A stretch of DNA of 63,997 nt, the filler included, from Asterionella formosa (taxonomy: Eukaryota): NCBI GenBank assembly GCA_002256025.1. It is 4 parts of 4 records of this genome, joined end to end, with 100 filler letters (N's around TTAATTAATTAA, not from the genome) between each part and the next. Parts side by side here need not be neighbours in the genome. Positions count along the whole stretch, not along the records: positions 1 to 15,966 come from NKIB01005176.1; positions 16,067 to 31,996 come from NKIB01005181.1; 2 more parts are not named here. One strand, written 5' to 3'. A program made the translations under genes and the position numbers. The notes under the pieces were generated by a model. That model worked only from the letters and a program-made list of their open reading frames with translations. It ran no database searches and was not told where the DNA came from. Positions 13,796 to 24,147 of this stretch are shown here, one piece after another; position 1 is the stretch's first letter; every line of letters begins with the position of its first letter.

Positions 13796-14899
13796 TTAGT
13801 CCAAATTTAAGAGTGCTTCTATCAGCCCACACGAACATTGCAGATTGGATGATTCGTCTCCCAATCTATTTATTGATGATGAGAGAGATTGATGAATCTC
13901 TTTGAACTGTGGACGTTTCATTGGGTCTCGACTGCTGCAGCGCTCGATCAAATTATGGAGCGCAGGGGGAACATCCCTTATATTGGCAGATTCAGTAGGT
14001 TGAAGTAGCCTCAATGAACAAAGCTCCCATAAGATGAGAGCAAAGGAGAAGACATCGGCGGGTAGCCCATAATTCTCACCTAGCAAAACTTCTGGAGCCA
14101 TGTAAGGCTTGCTGCCAGTCTCACGCGTCAGCTTAACGTGTGGGTCGACGATTTCCCTTGCTAGTCCAAAATCTAAAATCTTTATGGTTCCATCCGGGCA
14201 AAATCCAAGGTTGCTTGGTTTTAAATCTCGAAAGACAATCTTATGGCTGTGAATGTAACTCATGCCATCGCAAACGCCAAAAGCAACTGTCAAAAGCCTT
14301 TGTTGTAGGGAAGGAACTCCTCTATTTCGCACGTCATCGCCCCATTCCTTGATCTTGTCTTCGAGTGTTTCTTGCATGCGCTCAAGTAACAGAAAGAAAC
14401 AATCTGGCTTTGCAAACGCCTCAGTAAGTGGTCCTTTCGTGACCCCGAAAAGCTGAATAATGTTAGCGTGGTCCAGGCAACTGAGAAACTTGGCCTCAAT
14501 AACTAGATCAATAGCTGCTATAGGGAGAGTGCGCTGATTGGAATCCAACATTTTAATAGCATATTCCACACTCGTGTCGTCGATAACGTGTGCACTGTGT
14601 ACTTTACAGAACGCGCCTGATCCCAGCATCATTCCCACTTGAATGTCGTCACGAGAATATTGAGCCACGGTTCTCTTGGACTTTGTGAGGTTGGTAAATA
14701 GATCGAAATTAACAGCGTAAGTGTCTGCTTCTAATCCACAAAGCTCGGCGAGATCAAGATCGAGAACTAATGGGGCAGGCGATGAAGTGGCACGTTTGAC
14801 TTCGGCTGTTTCGGCATCATCACTATCATGCTTCATTGTTGACAATATTGAACTGCACGTGTTATCTGAGGTGTCGCTACTGATCGCTGGAGTGTTCAT
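13796..14899 (-). CDS. Protein kinase (TKL-like, of the type expanded in diatoms), 367 aa
   Basis: LGSGAFCKV Gly-loop, YAIK, FRDLKPSN, DFGLA, YMAPE, DVFSF. Confidence 0.9.
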   Translation of the reverse strand: MNTPAISSDTSDNTCSSILSTMKHDSDDAETAEVKRATSSPAPLVLDLDLAELCGLEADTYAVNFDLFTNLTKSKRTVAQYSRDDIQVGMMLGSGAFCKVHSAHVIDDTSVEYAIKMLDSNQRTLPIAAIDLVIEAKFLSCLDHANIIQLFGVTKGPLTEAFAKPDCFFLLLERMQETLEDKIKEWGDDVRNRGVPSLQQRLLTVAFGVCDGMSYIHSHKIVFRDLKPSNLGFCPDGTIKILDFGLAREIVDPHVKLTRETGSKPYMAPEVLLGENYGLPADVFSFALILWELCSLRLLQPTESANIRDVPPALHNLIERCSSRDPMKRPQFKEIHQSLSSSINRLGDESSNLQCSCGLIEALLNLD

Positions 14900-15848
14900 T
14901 GTTGAGAACGACGGAAAGAGTCAGGAGCTAAATCGCCGCTTTCAATTCAAAACTCGTCGTTGGAAATGAGTGCACTAATAGGTAGTTGATTCCGTATTAT
15001 GCATTGGGAGTAAGAGCAATATAGACAATCATCTAATAATGTTCCGGTCTCTTCTTTTTTGCAGCGATGAGTATCGTTCCATATACGGGTGGGTCCAGTA
15101 CCATAACTGTTACAATAACTGCTTGTCAAACAACTGCAAAAGACGTGAGCGCGTGAAGAAGAAAAATCGTGAACCTCACTTTCAAGGGAGCAAAAGGAGG
15201 AGTGGAACAGCAACTAACCAAATACCTGGAATACAAGACGATGAAATTTGCGAGGTCGTACAGTTGTAGTCTTAGCTTTTCAATTGGTCTAATAATGGAC
15301 TTCGTGGTCACTGTACAATAGGTCGGACATGTCGAAATGTCATATGTACAGGAACAACTGGTCGATTGAAGAAATTCCGAGACATATGGAGACAATCATA
15401 GCGGAATGTCGCGATAAAAGAGAAAATTTGCTGTGTTTTCCTTATAGTCAAAACCGTCTTTTTCCGTAACTGCCGCAGATATCAAGAGTTTCATAAAATA
15501 TAATATTGAATACCTGGTATTCCACCGGAGTAAGATGCGGTGATTGTGCTGGAACTAAAACTTTAGCTATCTTTATCCTATATTAAATTGTTTATTTAAG
15601 CAAAATGACTGCAAATTGCAGGAGTACCTGTTACCAAGTACCCATTACTACTAGTTACCACCTACCGCACGCCAGGTACCAGTTACTACCAGGGTGCCAT
15701 TTACCAGTTACTCCAGGTGCCAGGTAGCTACCGTTACCCCGTTCTCGGATTTGTTTCTACTAGGTACCATCGTAGACTCTTACATCCAATAACTACCGTA
15801 CCATTGACTAAACCCTCCGCCAACCTATTTCTTAGGATGTACCGTATA

Positions 15849-15931
15849 CTTCATTGTCCTGGACCCCCCAATGTACACTGCCGTGACTGAATTTGACTGA
15901 TTTTACTTAAGGGGGGCCCAGGACAATGAAG
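15849..15931. repeat. 21-bp inverted repeat (1 mismatch) with 41-bp spacer
   Basis: CTTCATTGTCCTGGACCCCCC (15849-15869) vs GGGGGGCCCAGGACAATGAAG (15911-15931). Confidence 0.85.
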
Positions 15932-15966
15932 AGATTTCCCTTATAATGGACCTAAGTAAATTTCTT

Positions 15967-16066
15967 NNNNNNNNNNNNNNNNNNNNNNNNNNNNNNNNNN
16001 NNNNNNNNNNTTAATTAATTAANNNNNNNNNNNNNNNNNNNNNNNNNNNNNNNNNNNNNNNNNNNN
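15967..16066. other. Artificial scaffold linker
   Basis: 44 N + TTAATTAATTAA (stops in all six frames) + 44 N. Confidence 0.97.
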
Positions 16067-16075
16067 TCGAAACAA

Positions 16076-16415
16076 TGTTGTTTCAACTACCGTAATCGAC
16101 CGTATCGCAGGCCTTGAACCTTGTACTGTGTCAATCGAATACAGTTGATGAAATTAATAGTAACGAAGAAGTCGTCAACTTAAACTTTCACTTTACTAAT
16201 TGGATTGTTTCGAGATAATGGTCTCGAAACACTCTTATTACTCACATTGCATTTTAACATTTCCTGGCCTCTGATTGCTTTTGCTTGCGTCGTGCCTTTT
16301 ACCACGTCAGCCCAGGTACAGCTTGGTACCGGCTTTACCGTTGTACTGTTCTCTCTCGTGTCTACTATACCCTTCACTCCTGTCCTGTGGCAGTCAGCTC
16401 GCAATTTTTCCAACA
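16076..16415 (-). mobile_element. LTR of a Ty1/Copia (CoDi-like) retrotransposon, solo or 5' LTR at scaffold end
   Basis: 340 bp bounded by TGTTG...CAACA. Internal hairpin TGTTTCGAGA..TCTCGAAACA. 'TWADVVKG' pseudo-reading, which I recall from diatom Copia LTRs. No matching TSD visible. Confidence 0.6.
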
Positions 16416-17010
16416 CCAGGTACCGGTACTGTACCGTTGTTACTTAACCGGTATATTAGAAGGCGAGGTAGCTACATCCTTGTATCCGGAATCATTCCTT
16501 CGAAATCAATCTCTGTTGAAATGGCAAAAACAATTTTTCGTGCCAACAAAAACTGTATTGTTTCATATGACCTTGTTAAAATATCATGCTTTAATCGATG
16601 TAATTGTCCATTGACAGACTTACTGGGTTGTTTCAATTTATCTTTCAAAAAAGACTCCAAATATCCACCAATCAAAGAAGAGGCGATCCGATCTTCCTCA
16701 TCAGATGAAGGTAATGTTTTGTTCCATGAAATTTTGCCATTTGTAAGCCAATTTGATTTATATCATTTCACGTTGGGGACCAATCAGAATCTTAGTAACT
16801 GACATAAAGCAACCTCTTAACCCTTTCCTCTAAAAATCAATATATTTTGATGTATAATGCGGTATGAATAAACTGTCATTGATAGAAATACATAACCATA
16901 ATAGCAATGTGAAATCCTTTTGTAGAAGGTGCATGTGTTCTGAAAACATAATTCCTCCCATGGAAAAAATAAGAAATCACAGCACTGATTTTTTACAATA
17001 ATTTTCTACT

Positions 17011-17250
17011 GCCCTTTTTGTCAACAAAGGTTTGAAGAAGCACTCAAGGTTGCATGAGTGTGCTTCGAACTCGATACGACGAAAAGGGCAATTGATTTTG
17101 GTGGCAAATTTTTTTGTTTTACAATCTTTTGCCATTTTGTCAACAAATGGCTGCTTGAAGAAGCACACAAGGTTGCATGGTCACCATGTGTGTGCTTCAA
17201 ACTCGATGCAACGAAAAGGGCAATTGATTTTGTTGTTGCAAAATTTCTTT
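17011..17250. repeat. Diverged ~120-bp tandem duplication
   Basis: TTTTGTCAACAAA...TTGAAGAAGCAC.CAAGGTTGCATG...CGAAAAGGGCAATTGATTTTG occurs at ~17011 and ~17131. Confidence 0.8.
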
Positions 17251-18357
17251 TTCTTGTTTACAGCTAATTAATATATCTTCTTGTCATTGCAATCAAGAGA
17301 ATGGAAATGAGGGGTTGATTGAAAATCAATTTCCCTTCATTTCCCTGCCAATCATGGTCACATTTCAAATTTAAGCTACTAATATAAACATATGGCAAGA
17401 TTAAGTCTGAAATGTGACCACCAGGATTGACTTACAGATAAAGAAGTTGAAAATGGTGAAGTAACAATAATTTCATTTATCTTGGACTTTCAGATCTGGA
17501 ATGTATTGATGTAGAAACAGTAGTTTCATCATGATGAAGCTACAAAATTTATTTTCCAATCAATGCATTCAATTACAGGCAACTCTTAGATTTATTTCTG
17601 TAAAATAGTAGTACTCATGTCACAATGTTAACTTACTTTGAGATCAACTGCACTGTGGAAATGCGGAGCAAGAAACCCAGCCTGTTAGCAGTAGAGTAAT
17701 TGTTGCTTGAATCAGGCTCATCGTGGCAACAATCCTTTGTATTTACCTTGGCTTCCTGGTATGGTTCTTGGCAATCAATGCTGTTGAAATTCTCACAGCA
17801 TTTCAATAAGGGCTTTTGTCTTGATTTTTATTGAAGATTGATTAGTTCGGCTGAAACTAATATGCATGCAGGACGAGGCAGCACTAATAAATTTTGACAG
17901 CTTGTTATCATACATACGCACTTATCATACAGACGTACTTATCACACGCACGCACTTATCAAACGAACGGAGTACTACCGGTATACTACCAGTATACCGG
18001 TCCTAGTGCATGTTACAATTTGTATAGATAATATTTATATATATGATGCAATATAATACCGGTACATATATACACCATCCTCTATTTCTTGATCATGATC
18101 GTCAGATTTCGATCAACCATCACATCCCGAAGGCAGAATCAGACGTGATAGTCGCTACCACATTGCTGATTGCTGATTGCTTTGCTGTTCGACCTCTGCT
18201 ATTCGACTAGAAACGAGTACTTGTAGTGTCCACTTGATCATTACACAGTATATCGTATCCATCTCGTAGTTTAGTGACAGTATTACCGTTCAGAATCAAT
18301 TCACAAGCCAACCAACGCTGAACTTCACTATTCTTAGTCCCTTACCTAGTCGCTAAC

Positions 18358-18407
18358 TTCTTACCTTACCTTACCTTACCCAACTTAACCTAACCTAACC
18401 TAACCTA
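18358..18407 (+). repeat. Pentamer microsatellite (CTTAC)n/(CTAAC)n immediately upstream of the PFK-2 start codon
   Basis: cttaccttaccttaccttacccaacttaacctaacctaacctaacctag. Confidence 0.8.
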
Positions 18408-18413
18408 GCAAAA

Positions 18414-20126
18414 ATGTCACACCTCTCATCGGCGGAACCCGCGTCAACTGCTCCCCGCCACTACGACTCCCACAACAACTCCCACGGGCCTCCTGTGGAC
18501 TTCCACCATGTCGACAACCCCATGCCTCACCTGCTCAGCGAGGGAGAGAACGCGACTCCCTTGGAGGTCATCGGATCGACTGCCACGGACAAGCTCGTCA
18601 TCATCATGGTGGGCCTTCCCGCCACTGGGAAAACGCACATTGCCAAGCGCATCTGCAGATTCTTGTCCTTCTTCCACGACATTCCCGCGCAAATATTCAA
18701 CGTTGGCGACTACCGTCGACAGCTGTGTGGGGCGCAAATGCCGGCAGACTTTTACAACCCGCTCAACTCGGAGGGCTCGGCCGCTCGATTGATGGCCTGC
18801 GATGCGGCGCTGTCCGACATGATGGACTACCTCAGACAAGACGGAGTCAGAGTGGCGGCCTTTGATGCTACCAATAGCACCTTCGAGCGCCGCTCTCACG
18901 TGCTACACAAGCTCACGGAAGCAAAAATTGGATGCAAGCGCATGTTTCTAGAAAGCATTTGTGACGACGACGATTTGCTAGAGGAAAATATTCGAAAGGT
19001 CAAGTTGAGCACACCGGATTACAGAGATATGGAGCCGGAGAAGGCAATGGCGGATTTTAAGCAGCGCAGAGAGCAGTACATGTCCGTCTATCAGCCAGTG
19101 TCTGGCAAGGATGGGCCACATGTCAAGATTATCAATTCAAAAGAATTTATTGTCAACAACATTAGAGGATACCTTCCCCTCAAAGTTGTGCACTTTGTTA
19201 TGAATTTGCACACGCTTCCTCGGACCTTTTATCTCACTCGACATGGACAGTCAGAATACAATGTATTGGGCAAGATAGGTGGGGACTCCGGTCTCAGCGA
19301 AAATGGAAAGGAATATGCCCGCCGTCTGGCCAAGTTTGCCAAGGACCATATTGCCATGACAGACGAAATTTGCCCAGAGTCAGGACAATCAAAGGAACGC
19401 CCAGCCCGTCTTTGGACTTCAACTCTCCGGCGTACCAAAGAAACAGCGCATCACATTGCTCATACACCACTCATGCACACCTGGGACAATGGGGATTCGG
19501 GAGAGTGGGTGCAGTTCCGCCCAATGGCACGACGAAATTTGGATGAACTGTATGCTGGTGTTTGTGATGGGATGACATACAAAGAGATAGAACAGGTTTT
19601 TCCAGAAGAGTTTGCAAGACGTCAAGATGATAAATTGGCATATCGTTACCCAAGAGGTGAGACCACCATATTTCAATTCCCAAAAATGGCCACAGCAAAT
19701 TGTAACTCTTTCATTGTCATTTTTGCAATATACTGCAAACTTACCCACTGTTGTCACCTGTTTTACATAGGTGAATCATACATGGATGTTACCCTCCGCC
19801 TGGAACCCGTGGCCCAAGAAATGGAACGTACCCGCGAGCCAGTATTAATTGTTGCCCACCAGGGCATTCTCCGTATTTTGTATGCGTATTTCATGGGATT
19901 AGACCGCAAAGAAGCTCCTTATGTGTCAATTCCACTAAACTATGTCATTGAATTAACCCCCCATGCCTATGGATGTCATGAAAAGCGCTTTTGTCTCATG
20001 GCCAAGGAAGAAATGGAAAATGATGGACAGGATGAACCAATCACGTCCATGCCTAAAAAATATCCAAATAGCAAGGATCACGTTTACTCGCCATCAGATC
20101 CAATCATGAATGCCCCAAGTTGTTAA
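18414..20126 (+). CDS. PFKFB: Bifunctional 6-phosphofructo-2-kinase/fructose-2,6-bisphosphatase, 2 exons (18414-19656, 19771-20126), ~532 aa
   Basis: Walker A MVGLPATGKT, FDATN, and histidine-phosphatase motif TRHGQSEYN. Removing the 114-bp GT-AG intron restores RYPRGESYMD. Confidence 0.93.
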   Translation: MSHLSSAEPASTAPRHYDSHNNSHGPPVDFHHVDNPMPHLLSEGENATPLEVIGSTATDKLVIIMVGLPATGKTHIAKRICRFLSFFHDIPAQIFNVGDYRRQLCGAQMPADFYNPLNSEGSAARLMACDAALSDMMDYLRQDGVRVAAFDATNSTFERRSHVLHKLTEAKIGCKRMFLESICDDDDLLEENIRKVKLSTPDYRDMEPEKAMADFKQRREQYMSVYQPVSGKDGPHVKIINSKEFIVNNIRGYLPLKVVHFVMNLHTLPRTFYLTRHGQSEYNVLGKIGGDSGLSENGKEYARRLAKFAKDHIAMTDEICPESGQSKERPARLWTSTLRRTKETAHHIAHTPLMHTWDNGDSGEWVQFRPMARRNLDELYAGVCDGMTYKEIEQVFPEEFARRQDDKLAYRYPRGETTIFQFPKMATANCNSFIVIFAIYCKLTHCCHLFYIGESYMDVTLRLEPVAQEMERTREPVLIVAHQGILRILYAYFMGLDRKEAPYVSIPLNYVIELTPHAYGCHEKRFCLMAKEEMENDGQDEPITSMPKKYPNSKDHVYSPSDPIMNAPSC

Positions 20127-20203
20127 AAGGAAAATATCCCAATATCAAGTATCACATTTACTCTCCAACAGATCCAATCATGAATGCCCCAAGTTGTTAA
20201 AAG
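20057..20203 (+). repeat. 74-bp tandem duplication of the last codons and stop of PFK-2/FBPase-2
   Basis: AAAATATCC...CAGATCCAATCATGAATGCCCCAAGTTGTTAAAAG present twice, period 74. Confidence 0.9.
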
Positions 20204-20651
20204 ATTGTTGTTGTAGTTTCGATACCTGTGCAATGATTGGCCTCTTCGTACTATTTAAAAATTTATAGTTTCCTGAGGATTAATAGACATGATGGCTTCT
20301 GAACTAGTCCAAAATTATACAGCATGCTCTTTCTGATAGTCCTAGCAACTATCTTAGCACAACGAGGTCATCATCGCGTATTATCTGCAGCTGCACGTTT
20401 ATTGGAGGTGAGAAGAACTCTGTTAATCATATTATGGCGAAAGTATCATCATGGCTATTGTTGTAACTGGTGGCAATGGTCTTTTTGTTTGGTTCGTATT
20501 CATCATACTGACAGATAGTAGTGATTGTTGATACAAGTAGGTTGGCAAAGATATTGTGAGTGACTACCATTAGAACTATATCTTATAATAATCCTTTTTC
20601 AATCCTTCCATCAACGAAAAGACGCCGATAAAACAGCATACTGAATTCGCC

Positions 20652-21038
20652 TTACATTCCATTCTTGCGTTGAATCCACGATGCAACATGAGTTCCCCAC
20701 GCAAGTGGTCCACCGAAGGATCCGAGGACATAATACCACTTGACCCATGCGCCGGTAGCCACGGCCCCAGGTTCTTGCTGAAGCACTCCAGACTGAGCAA
20801 TCGAATATGCACATGCTCCTGCAAAGACAAGGGAAAGCATTCCCAAAAGGCCTGATGGCATTTTGGACATGATAGGTCCAAGTACCTTGGATGGTGGGTA
20901 TTCACCTTCCCAAGACATGTCTTCGGCCATGGCGAGCGAGGAAGTGGATGGCATGAATGCCGTGCGAGGAGCGATAGGAGCAAATGCACTAATGGCCGCA
21001 ACCATGAGCGAAAGAACGATGAAGGAGAGTTTGGACAT
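20652..21038 (-). CDS. psaR: Photosystem I subunit PsaR (Psa28), nuclear-encoded, plastid-targeted, 128 aa
   Basis: ISAFAP presequence. The mature sequence AEDMSWEGEYPPSKVLGPIMSKMPSGLLG...WYYVLGSFGGPLAWGTHVASWIQRKNGM matches my recollection of diatom Psa28/PsaR. Confidence 0.85.
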   Translation of the reverse strand: MSKLSFIVLSLMVAAISAFAPIAPRTAFMPSTSSLAMAEDMSWEGEYPPSKVLGPIMSKMPSGLLGMLSLVFAGACAYSIAQSGVLQQEPGAVATGAWVKWYYVLGSFGGPLAWGTHVASWIQRKNGM

Positions 21039-21915
21039 TGTTTTATAAGCGTTGTTGTTGGAAAAAGCTCAGCTGAAATCCGAAGGAGCAAAAGTTGAAA
21101 ATGGATATCGATAGTGTGAGCAAACATAATGGAAAGCTGAATTGATGATAGATGCTTGCGGCTACTAAGAAAAAAGGGCAAATGAGGTATCTGCGAGTAA
21201 GAAATCCGAAATCTGGCGCAGGCGAACTGAACCTTTGCTTCGAGATCGCCATGGTGCTTTCTCAACGAAACGACTAGTTAAAAAATCAGCAATTGTCTCT
21301 CGCTCCTCGCTACATAAAATCCTCAGACACATTCAGCAATCCTTGCTTCCTCCACTGATCTAGTGAGACTCATTATCACATCTGTCTAGCAGTTCTAGGC
21401 AACCTCCCATGGTGACTTTGAAACGCAACAACGCACCTCGCAACAAGACGATGAAGTAGCTTTGTTCGTTCGTTCGTTTACAGATTTAACACGTTGTTGG
21501 CAGATTTTTTGATCGCCTTGTACCAGGTATTCTACATACCTGAAGTTGTGTCAGTATGAGTCAACGTAGCAAGGCTTGCTCTGGACCATCCTACCTGGTA
21601 CCGGTACATATTCCAAGGGTATGTAAGGCAGTACTACATTGGATTACCAGTCCTGGCTTTTCGGTAGGTTGATGCAAATCTTTTTGCGCTCATGAGCATT
21701 GGGAGTGTGGAGAGGGAAGAACAGACAATATTTGTCTGTCTGCGGATGTAGAACGGCTCTGAGCTGCCCCTTTGAGACTGAGTCTGTCTGAATCTTGGAG
21801 TACCGACGAGGAAACAAACAAACTGCCATCATATGGAAGAGAGCGAGAAAGGCCGTGTACCAATTTTCAAATCCCAATCATCACATTACTCACAAGCCAA
21901 CACAAGAAACAAACA

Positions 21916-23666
21916 ATGACTGTCGGAGAAGTGTGGGATGCTGACCAACTGATGGGCAAGAAAGCCTATCCAGGTATTGTGCTCGATAAGGCTTGTAAGG
22001 ACCCAAAGTCGGGAGAGATAAAGCCTCAATATTGGGGCCTACCGGGATATTTGAGTCAATCGGATTACAACTGTTTCGGTGAGTCGGGTGAACGAATCTG
22101 GACTTCCAGAACTCATGCGCTTGTGTATTACATTGAATTGCGCTGCAATGGAGATGCGAGACCCTGAGGGGCACAGAGGAACCTGTATAGCCACTGTTTG
22201 TTCTCCAGAGTTTGAAAGTCTTCCACCAGCACCTTCCACCATGACTGCGTGATGGCTGATACATATGCCAATACCAGGTGCCACGTGCAAATGCCGTAGA
22301 ATGTCATTTGTGGTTTTTCGCTTCCCGCGATGTGTCATTGTGGTCGTTGCATATTACTCCACCATGATAATGGAAGCCGAGTTTATAATTTTATTTGACT
22401 TGTTATTTTATAAACTCACCCGGCTGCTTCTTTCCAATCGAAATAGAAAAATTCAAGGAACAAGTCGAACTACGTGGAGGAGCATTTCGCGATACAGTCT
22501 ATTGCTTTGGGCACGAAGAAGGCGAAGCCTGGTGTCTCCTCCGATGGTGCAGAGCTCGGAAATTCAATTTTGATGAATTGATTAAGATGGTGGAAGAGGC
22601 TACCAAGACAAGAGCCGAAGCTGCAAAGCAAGACTTTTATCCTGACCCCAAGGCAGCACTCGGATGTGACATGTCCCTTTATTTTGCCCAATATCCTCAA
22701 CTCTACAGTGGCTTCGCGAAGAACGGTGCTCCGCTTTTCATTAGCAAGCCAGGCGTTTTGAATGTGGATGCGGTGGAGCAAATCACGACGTTGGAAGGAA
22801 TCTTGGAGTTTCATTGGTTCATCATGATGCATGATTTTGGCGACCGTCTTCGCAAGCAAAAAAAAGATGATCCGAACTTCAAGAGATTTGAATGTGTTTG
22901 TGTCTTAGACTTGGACAAGCTAACGACTGCACAGCTTACAAGTCGATCTTTGGCAATCATCAAAACTCAAGCGGCTGTGGATTCTGTCTGCTTTCCAGAA
23001 ACAATGAACAAAATGCTCATCATCAATGGACCACTATTCTTCAGTGCCACTTGGAGTCTGATCAAGGGATGGCTTGATCCCCGTACTTCGTCAAAGATTG
23101 AAGTCATTTCGTCAAGAAAGTCCTGGGAAAAGCGCCTCTTGGAGTTGGTTGATGCGGACGCATTGCCAAGTGACTATGGTGGAAAAGGCCCCGATACCAG
23201 GAATACTTTGGCTGAATCACAGCCAGGTGATATGTTGAGACTTGCAACAGAAGTCATGTATGTCAGGTAAGTAATGTCAGCTTCTGGATATATCGTGGAA
23301 TATTTTACATGCATCGGCTCTGGTGTTTCTCAATTACATCATTGTCACTGCCTATACAGAGGCAGTTCATCCGCCATTACTGAGATTTCCGAAGGCGAAT
23401 TTCTGGATGTCATTATTTGGACTCGCTCCACCATTGGTGGAGTCTTCAGGGTGACTGACCAAGAGAAGAAGCTGCCAGACTGGGTCAATGACTTTGAAGT
23501 AAAGCATTGCGGAGGATCTGATGCACACGATAAGCCATCTGAATTTAAACTTACAACTAGGCGAATTGCCGGCCCTGCGAAGATCAAGGTCAAGGCTTCG
23601 TCGCTTGCCGGACGATTCACAAATAACAACTTTTTGGTCGCTTGGTGTGTGTATCCACATATGTAA
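21916..23666 (+). CDS. Sec14/CRAL-TRIO lipid-binding protein, 3 exons (21916-22078, 22447-23266, 23360-23666), ~429 aa
   Basis: Motifs LLRWCRARKF, FPETMNKMLIINGP, WSLIKGWLDPRTSSKI and LPSDYGG. GT-AG introns join the exons in frame. Confidence 0.88.
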
Positions 23667-24147
23667 ACTGATCTGTGTGGGTGTTGGAAGATGAAAAAAC
23701 ATAGAGAAACATTGAATGACTTACGATATTACTGTAATTTGACGGCAGCAATGTTTAATAATACTATAATATCAAAAGCTCAAGGAGTATGAATTCACTC
23801 GTTACAAAGTATGATGACCAACAAATTCTTAACAGCCCGAAAGAGACGGACGACAAAATGAATGAAACAACAAATTCAAAATGGCACCTTTTACAAATGA
23901 TAGACTGGTATATCTTTGTAAGAATGTTTTTTTGACGAATGCTGCTAGACCTATTGTTGAGGGATCTGTCTGATGGTAATGATAAATATCACCATTACTT
24001 TTAGTACTGCTAAAGCTTATGTTTATTTCACTATATCCAGTATGAAACACCATGAAATCGCAAAATTCAATGCCAACTGGGTACAAGTTTGTTCCATTTG
24101 TTTATCGGGCTGTCCTACTTTTTTCTCACTTCTGTTCAATCGAATCA

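Noticed and set aside
16288..16312. U5 snRNA loop-like GCCTTTTAC
   Set aside because: No proper U5 stem context, and it lies inside the putative LTR.
22150..22290. TPP riboswitch-like CTGAG...GAACCTG in the unusually long Sec14 intron
   Set aside because: Lacks the P2/P4/P5 pairing and the downstream TAAT.CC.GCG element, and the gene is not thiamine related. An Infernal RF00059 search would be needed to revive it.
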